From Candidatus Eiseniibacteriota bacterium (GTDB lineage: Bacteria > Eisenbacteria > RBG-16-71-46): a stretch of DNA of 64,000 nt. Location of the stretch: positions 32,001 to 96,000 of the forward strand of contig JANLWX010000231.1 in the NCBI GenBank assembly GCA_031364845.1. The letters are read 5' to 3'. Position 1 is the first letter of the stretch. Each line of letters starts with the position of its first letter. A program made the translations under genes and the position numbers. A model generated the notes under the pieces. The model saw only the letters and a list, made by a program, of their open reading frames with translations. It did no database searches and was not told the DNA's origin. This document shows positions 10,304-22,300 of this stretch, one piece after another.

Positions 10304-10615
10304 TTACTTTCCTGGCGCTCCTTCGAGCACTTCGTCCAGGACGGCGGTGAGATGCGCCGTGCGCGTGCTGAGGTCGCGCAGATCGCGATCCTCGGTTTCG
10401 CGCCGTGCGCGCTCTTTGAACAGCTCGTCGGCAATATTGAGAGACGCGAGAATCGCCACTTTGGAGAGCGAGGCCACCGGCAGCTTTTCAGTGATCTCGC
10501 GCATCTTGCGGTCCACATACGCGGCGACCTCCAGGATGTACTCCTGGTTCGCTTCGCCGCGTATCGTGTACGAGTGGCCGAAGATCTCGACCTGAACGAC
10601 GTTCTTGGCGAGCAT
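10304..10615 (-). CDS. zapA: Cell division protein ZapA
   Basis: VEIFGHSYTI..VAAYVDRKM..AILASLNIADELF; GGAGG RBS. Confidence 0.93.
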   Translation of the reverse strand: MLAKNVVQVEIFGHSYTIRGEANQEYILEVAAYVDRKMREITEKLPVASLSKVAILASLNIADELFKERARRETEDRDLRDLSTRTAHLTAVLDEVLEGAPGK

Positions 10616-10672
10616 GGCGCCTCCGTCTTTGCAGCATACTTCCCTGCGCTCTGATCCCGTTGAATTGAGGCC

Positions 10673-10794
10673 GCAGGCTGCTGAAAAACCCGATTGCTGC
10701 GTTGCTCGGTCGCTCCTCGCTTCGACGTATCCTTCGGATACGCCTCGCTCGTCGCTTCCCTCGCGCCTTGCACTCGGCTTCTTCAGCAGCCTGC
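10673..10794. mobile_element. ~122-bp MITE/REP-like element with 13-bp terminal inverted repeats
   Basis: GCAGGCTGCTGAA (10673-10685) and TTCAGCAGCCTGC (10782-10794); internal hairpin CGTATCC-TTCG-GATACG; no coding capacity. Confidence 0.75.
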
Positions 10795-11090
10795 TAAGCT
10801 TCGAGCTTCTCGAGCTTCTTGAGCATCGACTCGACGCGCGAAGCGACGTCTCGACGTTCGCTGTGCCAATCCTTCTGCTCGCGACGCAAGGTCCCGAGTT
10901 CCTGCAGCAGCGCCGCCACGTCCTGACCCTGAAGTCGCTGCTCCAATTCCGCGGACCGTTGCAAGAGCTCGTCGCGCTCCTGCGTGGCGCGCTGGGCTTC
11001 GTCGCGGAGCTTCTGTACCAGCTGGGCTGCCCTCTCGACCCGCTCGCTCAGCCGGTCGAGATCCGTCTGCATCAACGCGGTCTCGGTCAT
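10794..11090 (-). CDS. zapB: ZapB-like coiled-coil cell division protein
   Basis: 98-aa all-coiled-coil ORF between pheT and zapA (conserved arrangement); ATGA overlap with pheT. Confidence 0.7.
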   Translation of the reverse strand: MTETALMQTDLDRLSERVERAAQLVQKLRDEAQRATQERDELLQRSAELEQRLQGQDVAALLQELGTLRREQKDWHSERRDVASRVESMLKKLEKLEA

Positions 11091-13543
11091 TTTTCTCTCA
11101 ACTGGCCGCCACATTCCTTCGCGACGGCCATCACCATGCGTTCCTGGATGGCCTGGACCTCGGGCTCCGTCATGGTCCGCTCGGGATGCATGAAGCGCAA
11201 CGCGAACGCCATGCTCTTCATCTCGGTCGGAGTACCCGGGCCAGCGTACACGTCGAACAATTCGAGCGAGGCCAGCCGCTCTCCGGCGGCAACGGTCAGC
11301 GCGCGCTCGAGGTGCTGGTGCGTCACGCTCTCGGGCACGAAAAATGCGAGGTCGCGGCGCACCGGAGGAAAGCGACCGGGCATCGAGGCTCGGGGCGTGC
11401 GTTGCGCGGAGTGGATCAAAGGCTCGAGCAAGGCCACGAACACGTGAACCTGCGCGTCGATCTCCCACTCCTTGAGCAGCGTCTGGCCCAGAGTTCCCGC
11501 CCATCCAATGCGTGAAGCCGAGCTTGCAACCTCCGCACTGGCATCGCGTTTCCAGCCGTCGCCAGAATAGGCTCGCCATTCAGGGGTGTCAACGCGCAAC
11601 TCCTGGAGCCATGCCTCCCAGATTCCACGCGCATCGGCGAAGTCGACCGGCTGCTGCGAGGTGTCGTGCGCATGCGCATATCGGGGTCCGGTAAGGAGTG
11701 CCGCGATCATCAGCGTCTCGGCCGGCAGCGTGGCTTCGCCGTTCGCGGCGATGCGCGCACTCTCGTCCGTGTTCCACGCGAACCCGTGGCCGATCTCGAA
11801 CAGCCGCACCGCTTCGACACCCTGCTTGAGATTGTGCGCGCACGCGCGCAAGAGCCCGCCGAGCAGATTCGGCCGCAGCACTTCGTGCTCGCGGCTCATC
11901 GGATTGCGCAAGCGCACGAGTCGCGCGGGATCGGCGCCGAGCACCGTGGCGGTGATCTGCGCCTCGCGTTCGGACAGCAGGCTGGTCGAGCACGCTTCGG
12001 TGAGTCCGCGCGCGAGCATCGCGGCGCGCGCGGCGGCGATCGTGCGCTCGCGCGCGGAGCGCACGGCGTAGGCGCCGCTGGTCTCGAGCGGCACATCGGG
12101 AATGCGGTCGTAGCCGTTGGAGCGCGCGACCTCTTCGACCAGGTCGTCTTCAAGCGCCACGTCGATGCGCCATGGCGGCACCGTGACCGAGATCGGGTCT
12201 CCGGGCTTCACGCCGAACTCCAGCGCCTCGAGATGACGCGCGGCATCCGCTGCCGAAACCGGCATGCCGATCACGCGCGCGCAGCGCGAGGCGCGCAGCT
12301 CGAGCACGCGCGGCGCGCGCGCATCGACGTTGCGCTCGCACGCCGCCCCCGCCCTCATGCCCGGACACAACGTTGCGAGCAGTTCAAGGAAGCGCGCGAC
12401 CGCGACCGCGCCGATCTCGGGATCGACACCGCGCTCGTAGCGCTTGGAGGCTTCGGTCGAAAGTCCGAGGCTGCGCGCGCCGCGCCGCACGCGCGTCGGT
12501 TCGAACCACGCGCACTCGAGCAGCAGCCGCGTGGTGGCGGCATGGACTTCGCTGTCGGCGCCGCCCATCACGCCCGCGACCGCGACCGCGGCGTCGCGAT
12601 CGGCGATCACCAGCACTTCGGGATTCAGTTCGCGCTCCTTGCCGTCGAGCGTCACCAGCTTCTCTCCCGCGCGCGCGAGGCGCACGCGGATCGCGGGACC
12701 CTTCAGGCGATCGAGATCGAACGCGTGCAGCGGCTGGCCGAGCTCGAACAACACGAAGTTCGTGAGGTCGACGACGTTGTTGATCGGACGCTGGCCGATC
12801 GCTTCGAGCCGCTGGGCGAGCCACGCCGGCGAAGGGGCGATAGAGATGCCTTCGATCGCATGCGCGATATAGCGCGGACACCCGCGCGGTTCTTTGAGTT
12901 CGAGGTCGAACGGGCCCGCGGCACTGACCGCGCTCCAGCGGCGATCGAACCGCGCGCGGGCGCCTTCGGTCCAGCGTCCGCCGAAGGCGGCCTTCACCTC
13001 GCGCGCGAGACCCACGACGCCCATGCCGTCCGGACGGTTGAACGGGATCTCGACTTCGAGCACCGAGTCCGCCGGGCCGAACAGCTGTTCGGCCGGCCGC
13101 CCGGGCGTGAGATCGGCACCCGCGAACACACGCTCGAGATCGACGATGCCGTCGTGGTCGTCGCTGATCTCCAGTTCGCGCGCCGAGCACAGCATGCCCT
13201 GGCTCTCCTCGCCGCGGATCTTGCTCTTCTTGATCACGAGCCCGCCCGGGAGCCTGGCTCCCACCGTCGCGAGCGGCACGACCATTCCCGCGCGCACGTT
13301 CGGCGCGCCGCACACGACGCGCAGTTCACCCGCGCCGCCGTCGACCTTGCACAGCGACAGTTTGTCGGCGTTCGGATGCTTCTGCACATCGAGGATGCGC
13401 GCGACCACCACACCGGTGAAGCTCGGACCGTGCACCTCGATGCCTTCGACATAGAACCCGCGGCGCGTGAGCGCTTCGGCGATGTCCTCGGCCGTGGCTT
13501 CGACTTCGATCCACTCGCGCAACCATGACAGCGACAGTTTCAT
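11087..13543 (-). CDS. pheT: Phenylalanine--tRNA ligase beta subunit
   Basis: HPNADKL, VCGAPNV, GMLCS..EL, NRPD, FPPVRRDLAF; 818 aa. Confidence 0.98.
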   Translation of the reverse strand: MKLSLSWLREWIEVEATAEDIAEALTRRGFYVEGIEVHGPSFTGVVVARILDVQKHPNADKLSLCKVDGGAGELRVVCGAPNVRAGMVVPLATVGARLPGGLVIKKSKIRGEESQGMLCSARELEISDDHDGIVDLERVFAGADLTPGRPAEQLFGPADSVLEVEIPFNRPDGMGVVGLAREVKAAFGGRWTEGARARFDRRWSAVSAAGPFDLELKEPRGCPRYIAHAIEGISIAPSPAWLAQRLEAIGQRPINNVVDLTNFVLFELGQPLHAFDLDRLKGPAIRVRLARAGEKLVTLDGKERELNPEVLVIADRDAAVAVAGVMGGADSEVHAATTRLLLECAWFEPTRVRRGARSLGLSTEASKRYERGVDPEIGAVAVARFLELLATLCPGMRAGAACERNVDARAPRVLELRASRCARVIGMPVSAADAARHLEALEFGVKPGDPISVTVPPWRIDVALEDDLVEEVARSNGYDRIPDVPLETSGAYAVRSARERTIAAARAAMLARGLTEACSTSLLSEREAQITATVLGADPARLVRLRNPMSREHEVLRPNLLGGLLRACAHNLKQGVEAVRLFEIGHGFAWNTDESARIAANGEATLPAETLMIAALLTGPRYAHAHDTSQQPVDFADARGIWEAWLQELRVDTPEWRAYSGDGWKRDASAEVASSASRIGWAGTLGQTLLKEWEIDAQVHVFVALLEPLIHSAQRTPRASMPGRFPPVRRDLAFFVPESVTHQHLERALTVAAGERLASLELFDVYAGPGTPTEMKSMAFALRFMHPERTMTEPEVQAIQERMVMAVAKECGGQLREK

Positions 13544-13609
13544 CGAACACTTCCCTGGCGAGAGGCGGTTGGGACGGTCAGCGGTCGCCGCGGGATTACC
13601 GCGCGGCGG

Positions 13610-14761
13610 TCAGAACTGGTTCAGGAAACGGAGGTCGTTCTCGAGGAACATGCGGATCTCGCCGACGCCGTGGCGCAGCATCGCGATCCGCTCGATGCCC
13701 ATGCCGAACGCGAAGCCGGTGTACTCCTCGGGGTCGTAGCCGACCGCGCGGAACACGTTCGGGTGCACCATGCCCGACCCGAGCACTTCGAGCCATCCGG
13801 ATCCTTTGCACACGCTGCAGCGCTTGGTCGTACCGCCGTCGGTCACCTGGCCCGCGCCGTCGCAGATCGTGCACGACACGTCCATCTGAGCGCCCGGCTC
13901 GACGAACGGAAAGTAGATGGGGATGAAGCGCGTTCGCACCTGGGCGCCGAACAGCGCGCGCGCGAAGGTGTTCAGCGTGCTCTTCAAGTCCGCCATGCTG
14001 ACGTTCTTCCCGACATAGAGACCGTCGATCTGGTGGAACTGATCCATGTGGCTCGCGTCGATCTGCTCGGCACGGTAGACGCGCCCCGGAAACACGAGCC
14101 GCAGCGGCGGCTTCATCTCCGACATCGCGCGCACCCAGCCCGGGGACGTGTGCGTGCGCATCAAGAGCGAGTCGGTGACGAAGTAGGTGTCGTGCGCGTC
14201 GCGCGCCGGATGATCGGGCGGGAAGTTGAGGCGCGTGAAGTTGAATTCGTCGCGCTCGACTTCGGGGCTCGTGTACACCGAATAGCCGAGACCGTGGAAC
14301 AGGTCGAGCAGCTCGTCGTAGATCTGCATCAGCAGATGCCGGCGTCCGACCCACGGCAGTCGTCCGGGCAGCGTGACGTCGGTCGCTCCGCGCGACTCGG
14401 CCGCGCGTGCGTGCGCGGCGCGCACGGCTTCGTGCAGATCCTCGAGCAGCCGCTTGGCGAGGTTGAGCGCGCGGCCGCGAACCTTGCGCTGATCGAGTGG
14501 CAGTTGCGGGATCTCGGCGAGCGCGCGGGTCAGATCCCCGCGCTCGCGCCCGAGTGCCGCGGTGAAGCGGCTCACGAGCGTCGCCGCATCCGCGGCTCCT
14601 GCGATCGCATGTCCGTAGGCACTCACCGCATCGGCGACCTCACGGTCGATCGCCGACAGCTGAGCGATCCGCTCGGCCCAATCCGCCACCCGCGTGGCGG
14701 GATCGGTTCGTTCCCAGCCGTCTTCGAGTCCGCGCACCAGGGGTGCGGCGGGGGCGCTCAC
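13610..14761 (-). CDS. pheS: Phenylalanine--tRNA ligase alpha subunit
   Basis: [46 protein letters not shown] overlap with rplT. Confidence 0.97.
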   Translation of the reverse strand: MSAPAAPLVRGLEDGWERTDPATRVADWAERIAQLSAIDREVADAVSAYGHAIAGAADAATLVSRFTAALGRERGDLTRALAEIPQLPLDQRKVRGRALNLAKRLLEDLHEAVRAAHARAAESRGATDVTLPGRLPWVGRRHLLMQIYDELLDLFHGLGYSVYTSPEVERDEFNFTRLNFPPDHPARDAHDTYFVTDSLLMRTHTSPGWVRAMSEMKPPLRLVFPGRVYRAEQIDASHMDQFHQIDGLYVGKNVSMADLKSTLNTFARALFGAQVRTRFIPIYFPFVEPGAQMDVSCTICDGAGQVTDGGTTKRCSVCKGSGWLEVLGSGMVHPNVFRAVGYDPEEYTGFAFGMGIERIAMLRHGVGEIRMFLENDLRFLNQF

Positions 14762-15114
14762 GCTGCCGCCGACTTCGCGACCTCCGCGAGACGCGCAAAC
14801 GCCGTCTCGTCACGCACGGCGAGGTCCGCGAGCAGCTTCCGATTGACCTCGATGTTCGCGCGCTTCAATCCCGAGATCAGCGTGCTGTACGACAGGCCGT
14901 TGATGCGCGCGGCCGCGTTGATGCGCGTGATCCACAGGCGGCGGAAATCCCGCTTCTTCGCGCGGCGATGCTCCCACGCGAACTGCCCCGCGCGCTGAAC
15001 GGTCTGCAGCGCGGTCTTGAACAGCTTGCGACGACCCTGGAAATTTCCCTTGGCTGCCTTGAGGACCTTCTTACGTCGGGCGCGGCCGGGAACTACTGTT
15101 TTTGCGCGTGGCAT
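14758..15114 (-). CDS. rplT: 50S ribosomal protein L20
   Basis: [36 protein letters not shown]. Confidence 0.98.
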   Translation of the reverse strand: MPRAKTVVPGRARRKKVLKAAKGNFQGRRKLFKTALQTVQRAGQFAWEHRRAKKRDFRRLWITRINAAARINGLSYSTLISGLKRANIEVNRKLLADLAVRDETAFARLAEVAKSAAA

Positions 15115-15192
15115 GACTCAAACCTCCATCCCCGCAGTACCGGATGCGGCGCGGGGAAATTGAACGAATCTGTGGACGACGAAGCGTCCCGA

Positions 15193-15390
15193 TTACCGCT
15201 TGCCGAGCATGCGCAGGACGCGCGGCTGATCGACATCAGCCACCATCGCGGTCCCGACCAGCTTGCGCTTGCGACCGCGAGGCTTTCCGATCATTCCGTG
15301 ACGGAGACCGGAGTGTGCTCGCTTCGCCTTACCGCTTCCCGTGAGCTTGAATCGCTTCGCGGCGGCGCGGTTGGATTTCTGCTTGGGCAT
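15193..15390 (-). CDS. rpmI: 50S ribosomal protein L35
   Basis: MPKQKSNRAAAKRFKLTGSGK; between infC and rplT. Confidence 0.97.
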   Translation of the reverse strand: MPKQKSNRAAAKRFKLTGSGKAKRAHSGLRHGMIGKPRGRKRKLVGTAMVADVDQPRVLRMLGKR

Positions 15391-15392
15391 CG

Positions 15393-16031
15393 TTACTCCT
15401 TCGAACCGGCTTCCATGCGGATGCCGGAGGACGCGGACGAACTCTTCTCGCCAGCACCCGGGTGGTCGTTGTCTTCCGTCATTTCACGGTGCTCCTTGCT
15501 GCCGGGCTTCGGGGGCCTCGGCATCAGCACCGTCGTCAGCGAGCGCCCTTCGGAACGCGGCGGGGATTCCACCGTCGAAACGTCGGTCAACTCGGCGATG
15601 ATCTTCTGGATCAACGTGAAGCCGATGTCCATGTGCGCCATTTCACGGCCGCGGAACGTGATCGTGAACTTGACCTTGTCGCGTCCGTTCAGGAAGTCGC
15701 GCGCATGGTTCATCTTGAAGTCGTAGTCGTGGTCGTCGATCTTCGGGCGCATCTTCACTTCTTTGAGCTGCATCTGGTGCTGCTTCTTCTTGGCCTTGCG
15801 CGCGCGGCGGTTCTGTTCGTACTTGAACTTCCCGTAGTCCATGATCCGGCACACCGGCGGCCGCGCCGTCGGGGAAACTTCCACGAGATCGAGGCCGCGG
15901 GACTGCGCGAGCTGCAACGCCTCGCGCGTGGCGAGCACTCCGACCTGTGACCCATCGTCCCCGATCACTCGGACCTGGGGGACGCGGATGCGTTCGTTCA
16001 CCCGAACTTCAGGCTGCTTGGCTACTGAAAT
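15393..16031 (-). CDS. infC: Translation initiation factor IF-3 (AUU start)
   Basis: VNERIR, LDLVEVSP..PPVCRIMDYGK, LKEVKMRPKID, FRGRE; in-frame ATT 7 nt after GGAGGT. Confidence 0.96.
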   Translation of the reverse strand: MSVAKQPEVRVNERIRVPQVRVIGDDGSQVGVLATREALQLAQSRGLDLVEVSPTARPPVCRIMDYGKFKYEQNRRARKAKKKQHQMQLKEVKMRPKIDDHDYDFKMNHARDFLNGRDKVKFTITFRGREMAHMDIGFTLIQKIIAELTDVSTVESPPRSEGRSLTTVLMPRPPKPGSKEHREMTEDNDHPGAGEKSSSASSGIRMEAGSKE

Positions 16032-16089
16032 GGTTGCCACCTCCGCGAGAGCGGTTCGCTGCAGGGCCCGGAGCGCATGCGACGCATGC

Positions 16090-16255
16090 AAAAAAACGCC
16101 GGGCAGGGTTCCAAGCAGAAACCCCGCCCGGCGTTGCCGGAAGACCAGGCACCCACGAATGATCGCGGAATGCGTGCGTCCGAAGCGAGAACCCTTGAGC
16201 GAGACCCAGAGGTCCGCGGGGGTGAGAAGCCGGTAGGGCTTCTGCTTGAAGTAAG
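16090..16255 (-). promoter_or_regulatory. L20-leader-like attenuator upstream of infC-rpmI-rplT
   Basis: AAGCAGAAGCCCTACCGGCTTCTCACC resembles the 5' block of the Bacillus L20 leader; ends in terminator ACGCCGGGCGGGGTTTCTGCTTGGAACCCTGCCCGGCGT-TTTTTT whose CTGCTT can alternatively pair with the 5' AAGCAG. Confidence 0.75.
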
Positions 16256-16264
16256 ACGTCGGGC

Positions 16265-16293
16265 AGTTTAGGGGGCCTGGGGTGGAATTGCAA
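16265..16293 (-). promoter_or_regulatory. sigma70-type promoter for the infC operon
   Basis: TTGCAA-17 bp-TAAACT immediately upstream of the leader. Confidence 0.7.
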
Positions 16294-16384
16294 GGCCTGC
16301 CGGGGGCCTCGCGCGGTTGCTGCCGAGGCAGGGTCCGGGCTGGCCGGCCCGCGCGGGACCGTCAGCCCTCCCCCGTGACCTTCC

Positions 16385-19300
16385 CTACTGAACGACCACG
16401 AACCTCCCCGTGACGCGTTCCGTCCCCTGGCTCAATCGCGCGAAATACATTCCGGGCTTGAGCGATCGGGCGCCCGCGATCCGCACGTCGTGCGTGCCGG
16501 CCGACAGCCCTTCGAGTGCTTCGCGCACGAAGCGGCGTCCGCCGAGGTCGTAGATCTCGAACGTCGCCGCACCCGCGCGCGGCAGCGCGAGTGATACGAG
16601 CACGCCGCGCGATCCGGCATCCCACCGCACTGCGGACATCGCGAGCGCGGTGTTGCCGGGGACCGAAACCGACGTCTCGCCCACGAACACCTCTCCCGAC
16701 GCGAGCATGATGCCGAGCCGGTAGGCGTACTGCGCGCCCGGAACCACGTCGTAGTCGTCGAACGTCAGACGATGCGACCCATCCGGCACCAGCCGCGCCA
16801 CGTGCGTCCATTCGCGTGCACCCTCACGCCGGTAGACCGCGGCTTCCGGAACGTCGGCGGTCATCCACACCACGCGCACCCGTTCGGAGTTGGCCTCGGT
16901 GGTCACGACCGATGCCTGCACAGGAGTCGAGCTCACGCAGTTGGCAATGCCGCCCTGCCACGAGATGTAGTTGCGATTGATCGGCATCGTGAGCTGCGGG
17001 TCATAGTTGAGTTGGAAGGGCTGGAACAGCTGAATCTCGTTCAGCAGGAGGCACATGGGTTCCGAGCAACCGGCGCAACTGCCGCTGCCGGTGGTCTTGG
17101 AACGCAGGATATTTGCCTTGAACGCGTAGTACTCGGTTTCGGGATCGACCGGCGCCGCACTTTCGATCGGAACCGCCGCCTGGATCCGGAACCGCGCACG
17201 GCTGGGCGAACCGAAACCGACATCGTAGGCATAACCGCCTGCCGCCTGTCCGGCGAAGTAGTCGACGCACGTGAACGGCCCGGAAGTGAAGTCGAAACTG
17301 GTCGCGAGCCCGGTGGTCGAGCGGCATTGCTGGCTGCCATGCCGCCACCAGTCGGGCAAGGTGGCCGTATTGGACCGGATGTCGATCTGGGCGGACATGC
17401 CGGCGAACTCCGTGACGTTCGGCGGAGGAATGAATGATGCGATCATCGCGAATGCGGAACCAGAGTTCGCATCGCAGGCGAACGTCATGTTCTCGGTGCC
17501 CGCGGTTCCGCAGTCGCTCCACGACAGGTTGATGCCGCCGTTCGTGATCATCAGGGGCCCCACACGGAACGTGCTGTCCGAGACCGCGGTCCCGCCGGGA
17601 TTGGTGACGCTGATCGGACCGTTCGTGGCTCCGGTGGGAACGGTGGCGGTGATTCTCACATCGGAAGAAATACTGAACGGCGTCGGAAGTCCGTTGAACC
17701 GGACGGACGACGTGTACAGGAAGTTCTCCCCCGTGATGGTGATCGTGCTCCCCACCGGCGCCTGGCGAGGCGAGAAACTCGCGATGCGCGGCGCGACGAT
17801 GAACGTGCCGGCCGACGTCATCGAACCGTTCGGTGTGCTGACTTCGATGAATCCCGTGCGCGCACCGGCCGGGACGGTGGCGTGAATCACCGAGTCCGAT
17901 ACGGTCGTGAACAGAGCCGGCCGCAAGTCGAAGGTGACGAGCGAAGTTGCGGTGAAATGCAGTCCGCGGATCGTGACCACGGTGCCGGGTGCTCCCGCGC
18001 CCGGCGTGAACGACTGAACGTCCGGCAGCGGACCCGGAACTCCCTGCCACGCGATCGTCTTGTGATCGAGTGCGGTCGTGATCACCGGGTCGTACTTGAA
18101 CTCGGGCGTCTGGAACAACTGGATCTGCCGCAGCGTGAGGCTCACGGGAACGTTGCACCCCGAGCAACTGCCCGTACCCGTCGACTGCGTGCGGAGGAGA
18201 TTCACCTTGAAGGCGTGGTACTCGACGGCCGGATCCAACGCGACGCGATGGGAGTTCATGAATCCGAACACTTCGATCCTGGCCATGTTCGCGCCGCCGA
18301 ATCCGACCGTGTAGTCGAGGGTGCCCGTCACCAGTTCCTGCCAGGGGTTCACGCAGGAGCCCGGGGCCAGCGAGAAGTCGAAGTTCGACGTGAGGTCGCC
18401 GGTGCCGCGGCAGAACGAGGAACCGTGCTTCCACCACTCGGGCAGCGCGGAGCCCGACGCGATCCGGATGTCCCCGGAGAGACCGATCATCTCGGTGACG
18501 CCCACCGGCGGTTTGAACGATGCGAACGCCGTGACCGTTCCCGTGTTCACGTTGCAGGCGAAGTTCTTCAAGTCGGCGCCCGCCGCGCCGCATGCATCCC
18601 ACGACAGGTTGATGAATCCCGGCGGCAGCGGCCCGACCGTGAACGCGATGTCGGAGATGTCCTCACCCGCGGGATTGGCGACGCGCAGCGGACCGCTGGT
18701 GGTGCCCGCCGGCACCGGGGCCGTGAGCATCGAGTCGTTGACGATGGTGAACGTGGCGTCGAGGCCGTTGAATTCGACGTCGTTGACGTTGATGAAGTTC
18801 ACGCCGCGCACGGTGATGACGTGACCCACGGGTGCCTGCCGCGGCGCGAACGACGTGATGATCGGAGCGACGCTGAACAGATCGTCGCTGACGTCGCTGC
18901 CCTGAATCGTCGCGACCGTGATCCGGCCGGTGCGCGCGCCGGGCGGTACCGAAGTCGCGATGGTCGTGTCCGAGGTCACGGAGAACGACGCACTCAACGT
19001 GTGAAAGAGCACGGAATTCGTTCCGGTGAAGTGCGCGCCGCGAATCGTGACCGGCTGTCCCGGGGCACCCGCCATGGGTGAGAACGAGTCGATCACCGGC
19101 GGCGGACCCGGCTCCGCCTGCCACGCGATCGCGTTGCGAAGCTGCGGTGTCGTGATCACGGGATCGAAGCCGAGTTCCGGGGACTGCATCAGCTGTAGCT
19201 GCTCGAGCGTGAGCGAAACGGGCACGTTGCATCCGGAGCACGCACCCGCTCCGGTCGTCGCGGTACGAAGCACCTGCACCTTGAACGCGTTGTACTCGCG

Positions 19301-22300
19301 ATCGGACTGGGTCGCGGTGCGATTCGACGGATCCATCGCACACACGACCTGCAGCAGTGCCGTGTTGGGGCCGTCGTAGGCGACTGAATACGAGGTGTTG
19401 CCTACCGCCTGGCCCTGCCACGGATCGAAGCATGGTGAGCCTGCGAAGCTGAAGGTTGCCGGCAGAGCGGAGCTGGCGCGGCATTGCGCGAAGCCGTGTT
19501 TCCACCAGTCGGGAAGCGCCTGGGACGATGCGATGCGCACGCGGGCGGACATTCCGATCAGCTCCTGCACGCCGGGAGGCGGCACGAACGAGCCGACGAA
19601 CGTGAACCCGGTTCCCGTGTTCGCGTCGCACGCGAACGTCTTGAGCGCCGTACCCGCCGTACCGCACAGATCCCACGACAGGTTGAGCAAGCCCGCGGGC
19701 AGCGGTCCGACATGGAACAGACTGTCTGAGGTGTCGGAGCCGCCGATATTGGTCACGGTGATCGGTCCGTCGGTCGCTCCCGCCGGCACCGGCGCCTGCA
19801 GGGTCGAGTCGTTCTGCACGGTGAACGTGGCGGTGGTGCCGTTGAAGCTCACGGCCGTGGTCCGCGTGAAGTTGAAGCCGCGGATCGAAAGCGGATAGCC
19901 CACCGGGGCCGATTGCGGAAGGAAGTTGCGCAGTTCGGGCGCCGCGATGAACATGCTGTCGCTGGTGTCCGAACCCTGGATCGTCGCGAGGTGAATCGGT
20001 CCGGTGCGCGCACCGGCCGGCACGACCGCCTCAACCTTGGTGTCCGAGGTCACCGTGAACGACGAGGCCGCAAGCGTGTGAAACCTCACCGACGAAGCGC
20101 CGGTGAATCCGCTGCCCGAGATCGTGACGACCTGAGCAGGACCGCCGCCCGGCGGTGTGAACGCCGAAATCTGCGGAACCGGTCCCGGTGCTGCCTGCCA
20201 CAAGGCGACCACTCGAGCGGCCGGTGTGGTGAGGATCGGATCGTATCCGAGTTCGGCACTCTGGAAGAGCTGGATCTGATTGAGTGTGAGGCCTACGGGG
20301 AGGCTGCAGCCCGCGCATGCGGCGGCGCCGGTCGTGTTCGCGCGCTGGATCTGCGCTTTGAACGCGTAGTACTCCGTCGAAGGACTGGCCGCTCCCGCCG
20401 AGGCCGGCAACGAACACGAGATCTGGAGTCGCGCGCTGTTCGCGCCATAGAACCCGACGCCGTACGAGGAACTCCCGGTCGCGAGCCCCTGCAGGATGTC
20501 GGTGCACGACGTGGGTCCGCTGCGGAAGTCGAAGTTCGTCGTGAGCCCTGTGGTTCCGCGGCACTGGCCGGGGCCGTGTTTCCACCAGTCGGGCAGATCA
20601 CCGGTCGAAGCGATTCGGATCTCGGCCGCGAGGCCCGTGAGTTCGAGGACATCGGGCGGAGGAATGAACGATCCGACCAGCGTGAACGCGCTGCCCGTAT
20701 TGAGGTCGCAGGCGAACGCCTGGGTCGCGGTCCCCGCGAGTCCGCAGTCGTTCCACGACAGATTGATGGTTCCCGATACGATCGGACCGACATGGAACGG
20801 GTCGTCGGAAGTGTCGGTGCCACCGGGGTTGGTGATGGCGATCGGACCGTCGGTTGCGCCAACGGGGACGATGGCATAGATCGTCGTGTCCGAATGCGTC
20901 GTGTACGACGAAGCGAGTCCGTTGAACCGGACCGACGTCGAGCGCGTGAAGTTGGTGCCGCGGATCACGACCGTGTGCCCCACCGGGGCGGTGTGCGGCA
21001 GGAAGAAACGGATGTCGGGCTTCACCACGAACAGACTCTCGGATGCCGCGGTTCCGCGGGATGTGGTCACCGCGATCGAGCCGGTGCGGGCGGCGGCGGG
21101 GACGGTCGTCGAGATCCGTGTGTCGGAGTCGACGGTGAAGGAAGCGGACACGTCGCGGAACCGAACCGCGGTGGCTCCTGTGAAGTACTGGCCCTGGATC
21201 GTCACCGGGATGCCGGGGGCCCCGGCGAGCGGCGTGAACGAATCGACCCGCGGCAACGGCCCGGGCTCCGCCTGCCAGAACGCGCTGTTGCGATGGAAAG
21301 GAATCGAGATCACCGGGTTGTAACCCATCGCGGCCGGCTGAGTGAGCTGGATCGTGTGGAGCGTGACGCGCACCGGCGTCTCGCAGCCATCACACTTCCC
21401 GGAGGAGTAGCTCTTGTTGCGCGTGATGTTGACCTTGAACGCGTAGTACGCCGTGTTCTGATCGACCGGAGTGTTCAGGGTCGACGAACTCGAAATTCTG
21501 ATGCGGGCCGTGTTCGCGCCATAGAAGCCCACATCGTAGCTGAAGCCCCCGCCGTTGATCTGGTCGAGCCACAGGTTGTCGCAGGAATAGGGTCCGCCGA
21601 ACGAGCTGAAGTTGACGTTGAGCCCGGCCGAGCTGCGACACTGACCGGATCCATGCTTCCACCAGTCGGGCAAGGTGGTGGCATACACGCCGAGATCGGA
21701 GATCGCCCCGTTGAGCTGGCTCACGCCGGGCGGAGGCACGAACGACCCGATCAGCGTGAACGGCGTTCCCGTGTTTCGATCGCACGCGAACGTCTTGATC
21801 GCCGTTCCCGCGAGTCCGCAATCGTCCCACGACAGATCCAGCGCGCCCGCCGCGGGGCCCACGCGGAACACGGAGTCGGATGGAGTCGTGCCGCCGGGAT
21901 TCGTGATCGAGATCGGCCCGGTGGTGGCCGCGCCCGGCACGACCGCGAGGAGCAGCGAATCGCTGTCGATGGAGAAGCTCGCCGTCGTCCCGTTGAAACG
22001 CACGGCCGAGACGTTTGCGAAGTTGCGGCCGGTGACGAGGATCGAGGCACCCGCGGACGCCTGCTTCGGCAGGAAGTGGCGGATCGCAGGGGCCACCGTG
22101 AACGAGAGGCTGGTGCCGCTTCCGAACGCCGTATCGAGCGTGATGGGCCCGGTCTCTCCCCCGACGGGAACGGTCGTCGTGACCTGAGCGTTGGAGACGA
22201 TGTTGAACGCCGCGGCCACGGTCCCGAAGCGTACGGACGTGGTGCCGAGCAGGTTCGAGCCGTTGATCGTCACGACCACGCCCGGCGCTCCGGCTGCAGG

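Noticed and set aside
13895..13925. PheS 'YFPFVEP' (Val in place of the E. coli Thr251 specificity residue)
   Set aside because: The same Val variant occurs in Thermus PheRS and the GFAFG Ala is retained; no evidence of altered specificity
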